Shown here piece by piece: positions 52,980-64,000 of a DNA stretch of 64,000 nucleotides. Within the stretch, counting starts at the first letter, position 1; the number at the start of each line of letters is the position of its first letter. Location of the stretch: positions 59,460,001-59,524,000 of the forward strand of contig NC_058368.1 of NCBI RefSeq assembly GCF_018350175.1. Direction: 5' to 3'. This stretch comes from Felis catus (taxonomy: Eukaryota). The notes under the pieces were generated by a model. It searched no databases, had not been told where the DNA came from, and saw only the letters and a program-made list of their open reading frames with translations. The translations under genes were made by a program, and so were the position numbers.

Positions 52980-54521
52980 TAAAAGCACCTGTCTGTCTCT
53001 GTGACATACTGGGAAAAAGCAGTACATGTTTTCAGCTTGCCAGCTAAATTTCTTGGTGAGAGAAAATTCTAGTTAGTATTAGAAAATCATACTAAAGTTC
53101 CAACATCCTGGCCTTCATTCTGACTCACAAAAGTATCTTGCTGGATAGGAAGGAGGTATATTCACAAAACAGAGTATCTGTGGGATGATGCTCATTCTTA
53201 ACCTAGCAAACTAAAGGATTTACACCTTTAGTTCCTTCCATGGGCTGGTCTTTTCTATACTTCTACAAATGCATGACTCAGGATAAATGTTATATATTCA
53301 CAGAGGAATGACACATAATAAAAGACTCATTAAAAAAAAAAGACTCAATTGAGGGGCATACTCAGTTGTACTAATAAAATGAACAAAGAAGCAAAATGCA
53401 GATGGAGAATGAAACAAAATGTATTCCGTAAAACAAATTAAATTTACAAGTAAATACTTAGTTTGGTAACTTATAGGTTATCAAAGAAGAGATGCTGACA
53501 TAACAGATATAAACAGATGAGAGAAAAGAAATGATTAGATAAAAACAGACTATAAGTAGACATATGAATTGGCATCATTTCAAACAACAAACATGAACAA
53601 ACACAAATTATTAAATGCACAAATGCATACATGTATTTCAGGTGAAGAGATGATAATGAATAGGAAGAAAGAAAGTTTGTAACAGAAGATACACGTTTCT
53701 TAAATTCAAAATATATGAACACCTTATATGTACTAATTAAAAAGACAGCCCATCCAAGGGAGAACACAAACTTTCTATGGGTAATTGTTAATCTCCTGTT
53801 AAACCATGATAGTATTATCAGAATTCAATGATAAAAATCTGTGTCTGTATTTAGACACTTGATTCTATTAATCTAGAAAACATACAAGTTATTCAGTTAT
53901 ATAAAGTACTTAAAAATCAGACTGCCTTCATAATTTTTTTATGGTAAAATGTGGCCAAAATATTTTGTTCCCAACCATACTACCATTAAAACTTGAAGAA
54001 AATAAATGAAAAAGTATTGTGAACTATATCTAGAAACAAACATAGGTATTATATTTTCACCTGATCACAATTCTTAGTGTTAATTGACCAATTTATCACA
54101 TGTGTGTTTAAGTGTAAAGTAGAGTTCTATGACTAAAAGTTCCAGAAATATATTTATACTTCTTTTTGTAATTTTAACTGTCCAACAAAATGATTCAAAC
54201 TATTTATGTTCTGAAAAAATATATGGAAATTATGTATATGTACAGTACATACATTAGGTACTCTATTTAGTACCATTTATATATGTATACATAAAATGAA
54301 TATACCATGCATATATGTATCATACATGTACACACATATACACACTGTGAATATACAGATATACACACATATATATGTTCATAGTCTGTTGCATTTTCCT
54401 GTGTTATTTTTTTAAGAGAGCACTAAAGATTGCACATAATTGTCAAACATTATATTTATTTTTAAAAGAAAAAAGTAATTTTTGAACTTAATAAGGGTTA
54501 CTATAAAGAGTGGCCATTTAG

Positions 54522-55857
54522 GCCAACTAATCTTTGACAAGGCAGGAAAGAATATCCAATGGAAAAAAGACAGTCTCTTTAACAAATGGTGCTGGGAGAA
54601 CTGGACAGCAACATGCAGAAGAATGAAACTAGACCACTTTCTTACACCATTCACAAAAAGAAACTCAAAAATGGATAAAGGACCTGAATGTGAGACAGGA
54701 AACCATCAAAACCCTAGAGGAAAAAGCAGGAAAAAAACCTCTCTGACCTCAGCCACAGCAATTTCTTACTTGACCCATCCCCAAAGGCAAGGGATTAAAA
54801 GCAAAAATGAACTCTTGGGACCTCATGAAGATAAAAAGCTTCTGCACAGCAAAGTAAACAATCAACAAAACTAAAAACCAACCGATGGAATGGTAAAAGA
54901 TATTTGCAAATGACATATCAGACAAAGGGCTAGTATCCAAAATCTATAAAGAACTCGTCAAACTCCACACCTGAAAAACAAATAATCCAGTGAAGAAATG
55001 GGCAGAAAACATGAATAGACACTTCTCTAAAGATGACATCCAGATGGCCAACAGGCACATGAACAGATGCTCAATGTCACTCTTCATCAGGGAAATACAA
55101 ATCAAAACCACACTTAGTTACAACCTCACGTCAGTCAGAGTGGCCAAAATGAACAAATCAGGAGACTATAGATGCTGGAGAGAATGTGGAGAAATGGGAA
55201 CTCTCTTGCATTGTTGGTAGGAATGCAAACTGGTGCAGCCACTCTGGAAAACAGTGTGGAGGTTCCTCAAAAAATTAAAAATAGATCTATCCTATGACCC
55301 AGCAATAGCACTGCTAGGAATTGACCCAAGGGATACAGGAGTGCTGATGCATAGGGGCACTTGTACCCCAATGTTTATAGCAGCACTTTCAACAATAGCC
55401 AAATTCTGGAAAGAGCCTAAATGTCCGTCAACTGATGAATAGATAAAGAAATTCTGGTTTATATACACAATGGAATACTACTTGGCAATGAGAAAGAATG
55501 AAGAGAAAGAAATATGGCCTTTTGTAGCAACATGGATGGACCTGGAGAGTGTTATGCTAAGTGAAATAAGTCATACAGAGAAAGACAGAAACCATATGTT
55601 TTCACTCTTATGTGGATCCTGAGAAAATTAACAAAAGACCATGGGAGAGGGGAAGCAAAAAAAAAAAAAAAAAAAAAAAAGATTAGAGAGGGAGGGAGCC
55701 AAAACATAAGAGACTCTTAAAAACTGAGAACAAACTGAGGGTTTATTGGGGGTGGGAGGGAGGAGAGGATGGGTGATGGGTATTGAGGAGGGCACCTGTT
55801 TGGATGAGCACTGGGTGTTGTATGGAAACCAATTTGACTATAAATTTCATATTTTAA
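54522..55857 (+). mobile_element. 5'-truncated felid L1 (L1-D), same lineage as L1-B
   Basis: [28 protein letters not shown]...; TSD agtggccatttag at 54509-54521 and 55858-55870. Confidence 0.96.
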
Positions 55858-55947
55858 AGTGGCCATTTAGCACTGCCTTTACAGACTATGAAAAGCACAC
55901 ATTATCTCTAAGATCAGAATTGGTCTTTTTATGTTCTGTACACCTTT

Positions 55948-56162
55948 GAAAAATATTTTTTAACGTTTATTCATTTTTGAGAGACAGAGGGAGACAAAGT
56001 GTGGGTGGGGGAGGGGCAGAGAGATGGCAACACGGAATCTGAAGCAGGCTCCAAGGCTGTCATCACAGAGCCTGATGCAGGTCTTGAACTCACCAACGGT
56101 GAGATCATTACCTGAGCCGAACGAAGTCAGACGCTCAACCCATTGAGTCACTCAGACGCCCC
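55948..56162 (-). mobile_element. Can-SINE
   Basis: TSD tgtaca(c/g)cttt on both sides. Confidence 0.93.
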
Positions 56163-56249
56163 TGTACAGCTTTTTTAAATTAAAAAAACATGTTTAATAT
56201 AATCTGGCCTTTTAAGAAATGCCATGGTCAGGGAAAATTAGATTATTCA

Positions 56250-56471
56250 GGGGCATCTGGGTGGCTCAATCAATTAAGCCTCCGACTCTTGATTTCATCT
56301 CAGGTCATGATCTCGCGGTTTGTTGGTGGATTCCAGCTCCACATCCGGCTCTGCACTGACAGTGCGGTGCCAGCTTGGTATTCTCTCTCTTCCCATTCTC
56401 TCTTTTCCCATTCTCTCTCCCCCTACCACAATTGCTCTCTCTCTCAAAATGAATAAACTTAAAAAATAAAA
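56250..56471 (+). mobile_element. Can-SINE
   Basis: TSD aaaa(t/a)tagattattca at 56234-56249 and 56472-56487. Confidence 0.94.
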
Positions 56472-56834
56472 AAAAATAGATTATTCACTTATAAAACATT
56501 TAAAAAATAAAATTAATGTAAGTAACACCTAAAAATAAATAAATCATAAAACCAGAGTGACCACTTCATAACTAAATTTTAGAAATATTTTTCATTGTGT
56601 TCATATTCCAGAAGTTTTAACAACATGCTAATTATATGTCTGGTTAGTGTTAAATACATATATGGAGAAGGAAAAAAAATCATTATGAAACATAATTAAA
56701 AGCGCCAAACAAAATCAAGACAATTCTTTAAATGTATTTTAAATCCTTCTCATTAATCAGTTGTTTTTCACATGTAAATCATCCAGGAAAGATTTGATTG
56801 ACTGCTGTGTTCAAGACTGTTGACATTATCCTGA

Positions 56835-57330
56835 TGCATTACTTTAGGTTTCCCTGCAAGCAGAGCTTGAGGCAAGATCTTACTGCAGGTAGCTGATTGA
56901 AAAGTGATCTCAGGAAGCAGAATATGTACATAGCAAAAATGAGGACAGGATTTAAAGACAAAACAAGGAGGCCTTATAAAGTTCATTACATGCTGAGGGA
57001 ATTCTTTCTTTCCAGATCTCAGAAAATTTGAGAATGAAATTCACAGGTATCCCCACGAAATATTATCAGCTGGGGTATTTATGTTCGGGCTCCTGAACCC
57101 TATTTGAGGGTTGCCACTAAGGTTACTATCTTCTGTAAGGGTGCTATGTTTAGTGGACTTTAAGTGTGCAGTGGATTTACTCCAGATATCAGAAAAGGCG
57201 CCACAAAAAGTGCAGGAAGGTAAGAAGAGTCACTCCAGTGGAGAGTCTGACAATGCAAAGTAAGTCTGAGGCCACACAGAACTTTAGTATTTCTAGGTGA
57301 AATCACTTCCATGCTAAGAAAACGTAATGC
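56835..57330 (-). mobile_element. old ERVL LTR (LTR33/LTR16-like)
   Basis: ttaggtttccctgcaagcagagcttgaggcaagatct...gtgatctcaggaagcag resembles the LTR33-type terminus. Confidence 0.5.
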
Positions 57331-57331
57331 A

Positions 57332-57547
57332 GGGGCGCCTGGGTGGCTCAGTCGGTTAAGTGTCCACTTCCGCTCAGGTCATGATCTCGCATTCCGTGGG
57401 TTTGAGCCCCGCATTGGGCTCTGTGCTGACAGCTCAGAGCCTGGAGCCTGTTTCAGATTCTGTGTCTCCCTCTTTCTCTGACCCTCCCCTGTTCATGCTC
57501 TCTCTCTCTCTCTGTCTCAAAAATAAATAAATGTTAAAAAAAAAAAA
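57332..57547 (+). mobile_element. feline Can-SINE
   Basis: TSD aagaaaa(c/t)gtaatgca at 57316-57331 and 57548-57563. Confidence 0.97.
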
Positions 57548-57767
57548 AAGAAAATGTAATGCAGACATCACAAGTATCTCCCATATCTGGAGACAAAAGA
57601 ACCAAAGCTAGGTCACTGCAGGAACCAGTTAGAAGTCTAGACGAAGAAACTGGCTTTGAAATAAAGAAGACATAAAGAGTGAATCATGTAAAATAGAGTT
57701 ATATAATAAATGAAAGGGTAAAACAGCTGCATTGTCTTGGTAGCCAATTATTGGTTAATGGTTGCCA

Positions 57768-58289
57768 GGTATATTTGCTTCCTATCACTACTGTAACAAA
57801 TTACCACAAATTTATTCACTTAAACAAGGCAAATGTATTTTCCTACAGTTCTGAAAGCCACAAGTCTGAAATCAGTTTCACTGAGTTAAAGTCAGGGTGT
57901 CCACAGGGCTGGTTTCTTCCGGAGACTGTAGGTGAGAATATGTTTGCTTCCCTAACCCAGATACAGGATTCCAACTGAGTTCCTTGCTTCATGCCTTCCA
58001 CTATTCCCTCTCACCTCTATCTTGAAAGCCAGCCAGTGTAGCATCTTGTCTTTCTGACTCTGCTTCTATCCTTAAATCTTCTCTATCTGACCCTGACAAC
58101 TGCCTCCTTTTTATGAGAACCCTCGTGATTACGCTATGTCTGCCATGAAATTCCAGGTTAATCTCCATTTTAAGATTTATTAATTTAATTATATCTGAAA
58201 AGTCATTTTTTCCACATAAGAAAACATATTCACAAGTTTCTGGGATAAAGATGTAAAGATCTTTGGGAAATTATTATTCAGCCTACAAC
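57768..58289 (-). mobile_element. solo MaLR LTR (MLT1C/D-like)
   Basis: ctgtaacaaattaccacaaa...tacagttctgaaagccacaagtctgaaatcag...ttattcagcctacaac. Confidence 0.8.
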
Positions 58290-59369
58290 CATCAATAAAT
58301 TTTGAAGCAAAAATATAATTTGAGGACCAGATTACCAGAGAATGAATGAACAAAATCTAGCTACTCATAGATACTCCAGTGTTTTATGAAACTTACCTGT
58401 AGTTCTACCTAATTCTCAAAGTTCTTATTCAAGGCAAACTCCCTTGAAGTACAAACATCTTGAAAATGCAAATGAGAAACAAAATATGAATGAATATCCA
58501 GATCCACTGAATGATTCTCTCTGGGAAAAATAGTTTGATTTTTGTCCTTCAAGTCTAAGACTGAATATTTTTTTAACAAACTCTCCCCCCAAATCATTCC
58601 TTTCTGTGTTGTTGCTAAACAACTGTTTAGTGTCATTTATACATTTTCCCATCCACTTAGGGTAAAATATTTAATGTTTATGGTAATGCTAATTTCATTT
58701 ATTTACTACCAGTCTCCCCACCTACCCTCACAGAAAGGGAAAACAGTTGTTGACAAATAGCCATAAAGTGGGTATTTTGGAAAAGCTACTTTCTTCAGTC
58801 AGGGTAGAGCAGCCTCAGATGCCAGAAATATATTTCAGTTCTGTGTCTGATTACCATAGTAAATGTCAGGAAAGAGTGGCTTTACGTGTATTTTCATAAA
58901 AAGCCTATCATTGCAGTGGATTTCATTATCTTGACTAAAGGGTGCATTTTGAAGTAAAGTTTCAATGACTCAAAGCCAAGCTATCTCTCAGTGATTTATA
59001 ATTCTGATTATCAGGACGTTCTGCATGATGAACCAGCCATTTCATCAGACAGAAGGTTCTCGCTTTTGTAGTCCTCTATCTTGAATCAAATCTGTTTGTG
59101 GAAAAGAAAGATTTAGGAAAGCAATCCAAATTTTCAAAAACATAACACTAAATCTATAGTTGCATCCTACTCTCTCAGCAGCTTTAAAGGTTGCAATTAG
59201 AATTTGCTAAATAAAAGTGTTTATATCCTATCCTTTGCTGAACACATACCACACATACACACATACGTACTTAAACAAAAACACATAATTATTCCTCCAA
59301 GTGTTGGATAATTTTGAAATTAAAAAAAACTGCTACCCCTTAAAAATACCAAAAAGAAATTTTGAAAAG

Positions 59370-59760
59370 ATATGATTATTCATAAATTTAAAATGTTATT
59401 GTCGATGCAGAAAAGTACACATGTCAAAGTATATTATGCAGGAGTTTTACAAGCTGAACATACTACTCAGATCATGCAATAGAACATGACCTGCACCTTA
59501 GAAGTCTCTGAATGCACCCTTTCAATCACTATGTCCCAGGAAAACTGCTCCTGACTTGTAACAGTGGAAGCGATTTTCCTCTTTTGGTCTTTTATGTAAA
59601 AAAATCCTATAAGGGGTTCTCTTGGGACTGACTTTATAAGGCTATAATTATGCTCTAGTGAGTGGGGAGGTTCAGTCTTCTCTGTTGCAGAGTATGTTAC
59701 TCTCTGATTGAAGGAATATGAATTTTGTGGTACAGAAAACAACCATTTAATAAAAGAAAT
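59370..59760 (-). mobile_element. ancient L1 3'UTR fragment (L1MC/ME-like)
   Basis: atgcagaaaagtacaca...ttttacaagctgaaca...cagatcatgcaatagaacatgacc. Confidence 0.5.
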
Positions 59761-60036
59761 CATTGTCTTTTAATCATTTAATGTTATATTTTATTGTAAT
59801 ACTAAAAACTTCAAAGTAATTCAGTGATAACACAATTTTACTCATGCAAATGGATTTTTAAGATATAATTGAACCGTGTAGAATGTTGGGCACACCTGGG
59901 CTACAAAATTATGATCTCTAAAAATCCATTTTGTAATCAGAAAGAAAAAGTGTGTAAGTATGATTTTAGTGACGTCAGTATATTCCAGACAGCTGGGCTT
60001 TAGAGAACTATTCATTTTACTTTTAAGGAATTTTTT

Positions 60037-60255
60037 AAGATTTTTTTTTCAACGTTTATTTATTTTTTTTGGGACAGAGAGAGACAGAGCATGAACGGGG
60101 GAGGGGCAGAGAGAGAGGGAGACACAGAATCGGAAACAGGCTCCAGGCTCTGAGCCATCAGCCCAGAGCCTGACGCGGGACTTGAACTCACGGACCGCGA
60201 GATCGTGACCTGGCTGAAGTCGGACACTTAACCGACTGCGCCACCCAGGCGCCCC
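60037..60255 (-). mobile_element. young feline Can-SINE (SINEC_Fc-like)
   Basis: nearly identical to the copy at 2941; TSD taaggaatttttt at 60024-60036 and 60256-60268. Confidence 0.98.
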
Positions 60256-60624
60256 TAAGGAATTTTTTTAATGATAGTAATTTTTTTTAAATCTTGTCCT
60301 CAGAAGATGCCTAAGTAGTCCTATGCATAAGATTGATGCCAGTATAGTGACCCCCAAACACTCTTTTTTTTAACATTTGGAAAATTTTATTACACGTCTT
60401 TGTTTTGGTAAATTAATCACAAAGGAAAATTAGATAGGATATGTATAATTTGAATAGCATGAATAACACATTTGTTTTAATGGATAGATATGCAACTCCC
60501 AAACACTTTCTTTAAGTGGACTAGTTATAATTTTAAATTATTTTTCAAGAATGCCAAATAAGTCAACATTGAAGATATTTTTGACATATTTTAGTTAAGT
60601 ACTGTTTTTAGAGTAATTATTTTT

Positions 60625-60844
60625 AAAAAAATATTTTTAATCTTCATTTATTTTTGAAAGAGAAAGAGACAGAATGCCAGCAGGGGAAGGGAACAGAGAG
60701 AGAGAGACAGAATCCTAAGCAGGCTGCAGGCTCTGAGCTATCAGCACAGAGCCGGATGTGAGGCTCAAACTCATGAACTGAACCATGAGATCATGACCTG
60801 AGCCACAGTCAGACACTTAACCGACTGAGCAACCCAGGTGTCCC
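60625..60844 (-). mobile_element. Can-SINE
   Basis: typical body; degenerate TSD gagtaattatt / gagcaactatt. Confidence 0.92.
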
Positions 60845-61263
60845 GGGAGCAACTATTAATTGATAAGGATTTTCTCTCCTAAAATGTCATGGCAATATTG
60901 ATACATGTAATTTCTCTACACTTAGTCATATACTGTTCAGAGCATTGTGCTCTGGATACACATAAAGTGTGGGTTACTCTATAATATGTGGATCCAGCTC
61001 TGTGGAGCTTAAAGTAATCAGTTCAGGCTCTGTGTCAGCTATGACCAAGACACTGTAAACAAGTGGGATCAATAGCTTAGTAATACCTGCCATCATCATT
61101 TGGGGATACTCTAGTGTGTTCTTGTATATCCACTGGGAAGCTCTATGCTAAAACCTTGCTATCCAAAGTGGTCTGGAGAAAAGCTGGCTTTGGAATCACC
61201 TGGGAACTTGTTAGAAATTTGGAAACTCCTGTCCCACCATACCTCTGGTCAACTAGGTTGCAT

Positions 61264-61373
61264 TTTTTTTTAAGTTTATTTTTAAGTAATCTCTATATCC
61301 AGCGTGGGGCTTGAATTCACAACCCTATTATCAAGAGTTGCATGCTCTACTGACGGAACCAGCCAGGCACCCC
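61264..61373 (-). mobile_element. short old Can-SINE (SINEC_old-like)
   Basis: TSD aac(t/c)aggttgcat at 61251-61263 and 61374-61386. Confidence 0.9.
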
Positions 61374-61410
61374 AACCAGGTTGCATGCTAATAAGATTTT
61401 GGGTGATCCT

Positions 61411-61607
61411 GGGGTGCCTGGGTGTATCAGTCAGTTAAGCATCCAGCTATGGCTCAGATCATGATCTCACAGGTTCGTGAGTTAGAGCCTGCATCTGGCT
61501 TTCTGCTGTCAGTGCAGATCCCACTTGGGATCCTCTGTCCCCATCTGTCTCTGCCTCCTTTGCACATACACTCTCATCTCTCAAAAGTAAATAAACATTA
61601 AGAAAAA
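61411..61607 (+). mobile_element. Can-SINE
   Basis: TSD agattttgggtgatcct / agattttggattgatcct. Confidence 0.93.
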
Positions 61608-63922
61608 GAGATTTTGGATTGATCCTATTTGGATATTATAATTTTAGAAATATTGCTCTAAAGAAGGTAAAAGCAATGGTCCTTAGTTTTGATATGAAAA
61701 TGGAGAATTAGGATACATACATTCTTTGGTAGAATAAAATACTTACAATAAGAATATGTAGGTATTTTATTTGCATTTTAATACAAATATTTTTAATATG
61801 AAATAGAATAATATTTTTTCAAACACCATTTCTCACAAATGGCTTTGCCACAGAGAGTATGCACCTCTTCCCTTCCCCATTCTGATTTATCTGTGAACTA
61901 GTCAAGAAAATGTGTATTAATTTAATCATTGGGAAAGCAATTTACCTGTTTCTATTAAAAAAACATATTTAAAGAGTGAGATGAGGTTTAAAAGTCATAT
62001 TTAGGTATTCTGTGACTCTGTGTGATTTCAAATGAAGATGTTCTATCCTTATATTTTTAGGTACCTCTCTTTCCAATTCCCTGTCATGTTTCACAGTGTA
62101 CGAAAGACAAAGAGGAAACTGTATTATCTTTTGTCTTTGGAGAGATTCTTAGGTATAGTTGTGAAAGGAAATGTGCATTCTGCAAACAAAGTAAGTTTGC
62201 CTATTTTATGAAAGTCAATATTTCAGATGTATATGCCAATACTCCCTGGGGCACTGTCAGCAAAGCTGTGGTTTGTCTCAGGGAACTTTTGCTCCCTACT
62301 GCTACCAGTGAATCCAAAACATCTGATGCTACCTGCTGGTTATCCGATTTCTGTATTTGAGATTCTATTCTGCCGCCCCATGGAAGTATTTAAATGTTTC
62401 CTTTAATGTTTTAGTCAGTCAATTTTTAAAAATATAATTTCAGCCATGTGTCTTACCTAAACTCCTAATGAGTCTGCAAAGAAAAATTTTTAATAACAAA
62501 CTCATTTTTATGTTATGCCAATCTAGGGCCATTATTTCTGGAGAAATAAAGTTTATGTTTAGCCTAAGTTACATATGGATGTCCAAAAGTAATTTTTTTT
62601 AATATTTACTATTGGCATAGTTCCTGAAATATGCATTTCTTTTCTAAATATGCATTATAATGCAAAATTTCAACAAAATATGTGGTTGGAAGGAAATAAA
62701 AATTTCAAACAGTGAACTATTCCAGAAAAAAAAATTATTTAAAATCTCTTGATCATTATTTTTTGTCAGTAAAATTTTTCTGACAGATTAATAGTAATTA
62801 TCTCTATTTATCTGTGTTTATTTAACTATTGATGTAACTACTTGTTTGGTGAGATGTCTCCTTTAAAATAAAACACCAAGTTATATGATACTTTCTTTGT
62901 ACTATGTGGAGATTTTCATGTTACCTTTTCATTTAGGGTTTAGAACTCTTTCTCACCATTTTAATTCATTGTTATAAAGAATTATAAATTTTCCATTTAT
63001 GCAACGACAACACATGCAGTAAACCTCAAAATAGGTTATGCAGTTAGACACGGACCTAAACACAACAGCATGTAGTCCTATAAGGATACATATATATCAT
63101 TCTCATAATTGTATGTATACATTCATGCCAAATTTTGTACAAGAGATTAAAGAGGCAGAATCCTATTGTGCAACACATTTTTCTTCTTTTCTCCCATACT
63201 TTAGGTGTCCTAATTTTTTTTTTCTCGTTGAAGTCTGTTACTCTGTCGGGAATAAGCCCAACATCAACACAGTAATTCACATGATGTTATGACTTGCTTG
63301 GTTATTAGTACACAGGAAGCAGGTGTCCAGGACAAAGTGATTCAATATATGTCAAACACTCATCAACTTGGATAATGGTTTACTTGATTTTATAGAGATA
63401 CCCTCTCATTATCTAAGTGAAAAAAATAAGGATAATTCAGTTGATGTTTCTTATTATCAGATATGGGGGATGATTATATTCTGACTTAAGATATATCTTA
63501 GTACATTTTTTGGCTCAGAGAAAATATGAACTAATTTATTCAGCACACAAATATCTCATTTCAATGACCATCAATAAGGTGGTGGAAAATAATGTATGCA
63601 ACACTCACATGCTGGTATGAAATATTTTCACTAAAAGTCATGTTATATGCAACTAAAAGATTAACCAAATATTAATGAACACAAGATTTATTTACAAATG
63701 GGAAAGATCATATATAGAAGGAAGAGTTCTGACTTCAAAATTAAAAATAAGTTTTATGTGTGTATGCACACACACAGACACACAAAATAACCTCAAAATA
63801 TTTAAAGTTTTAAAAATTAGCCTTTTCCCCGATTTAAAAAAAGTAAAAACAATTCTACAGAAATATATCTATATTTATTAATATATAATCAGTAACAAGA
63901 CTATACTGTAATTACCACATTA

Positions 63923-63929
63923 GTGTGTG

Positions 63930-63969
<40 letters not shown>
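63923..63969. repeat. (TG)n(TA)n(TG)n microsatellite
   Basis: read directly. Confidence 0.95.
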
Positions 63970-63970
<1 letters not shown>

Positions 63971-64000
63971 ATCTAGGTCTAGATCTTTATATACTGAATA

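Larger units (their letters stand above)
61156..61660. mobile_element. MER5-like hAT DNA transposon remnant carrying two SINEs
   Basis: ggaatcacctgggaacttgttagaaat...ttgcat...aagattttgggtgatcct...ttagaaatattgctcta. Confidence 0.6.

Noticed and set aside
58391..58520. perfect minus-strand donor CAG|GTAAGT with upstream acceptors
   Set aside because: All three frames are closed and there is no other support; could only be a non-coding exon.
1..64000. CRISPR arrays, operons or other prokaryote-type systems
   Set aside because: The sequence is mammalian; there are no repeat-spacer arrays or gene clusters.

Overview
AT-rich, repeat-dense mammalian DNA from a carnivore, almost certainly a felid, judged from about 20 tRNA-derived Can-SINEs (several of the young, CpG-intact cat type) and felid-type LINE-1s. 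No complete host gene, RNA gene or CpG island is visible. All long ORFs in the track are decayed L1 ORF1/ORF2 pieces, their antisense shadows or SINE read-throughs. The window holds two full-length but inactivated L1s of different 5'/3'UTR lineages (12617-18558 and 39522-46926, both minus strand), several truncated L1s, MaLR/ERVL LTRs, L2, MIR, a MER5-like element and microsatellites. One 54-nt phase-0 candidate exon at 31058-31111 suggests this may be a large intron of a plus-strand gene. I found no new biological system. The most interesting signals are local DNA-copying scars: two templated insertions copied from about 0.85-1.1 kb downstream into L1 3' ends (one with a fold-back junction), a ~215-bp tandem duplication, two L1 copies 36 kb apart that share unusual substitutions, a SINE>L1>SINE nest, a twin-primed L1 and a possible polyadenylated retro-fragment. 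Repeat subfamily names come from recalled consensus features, not a database search.
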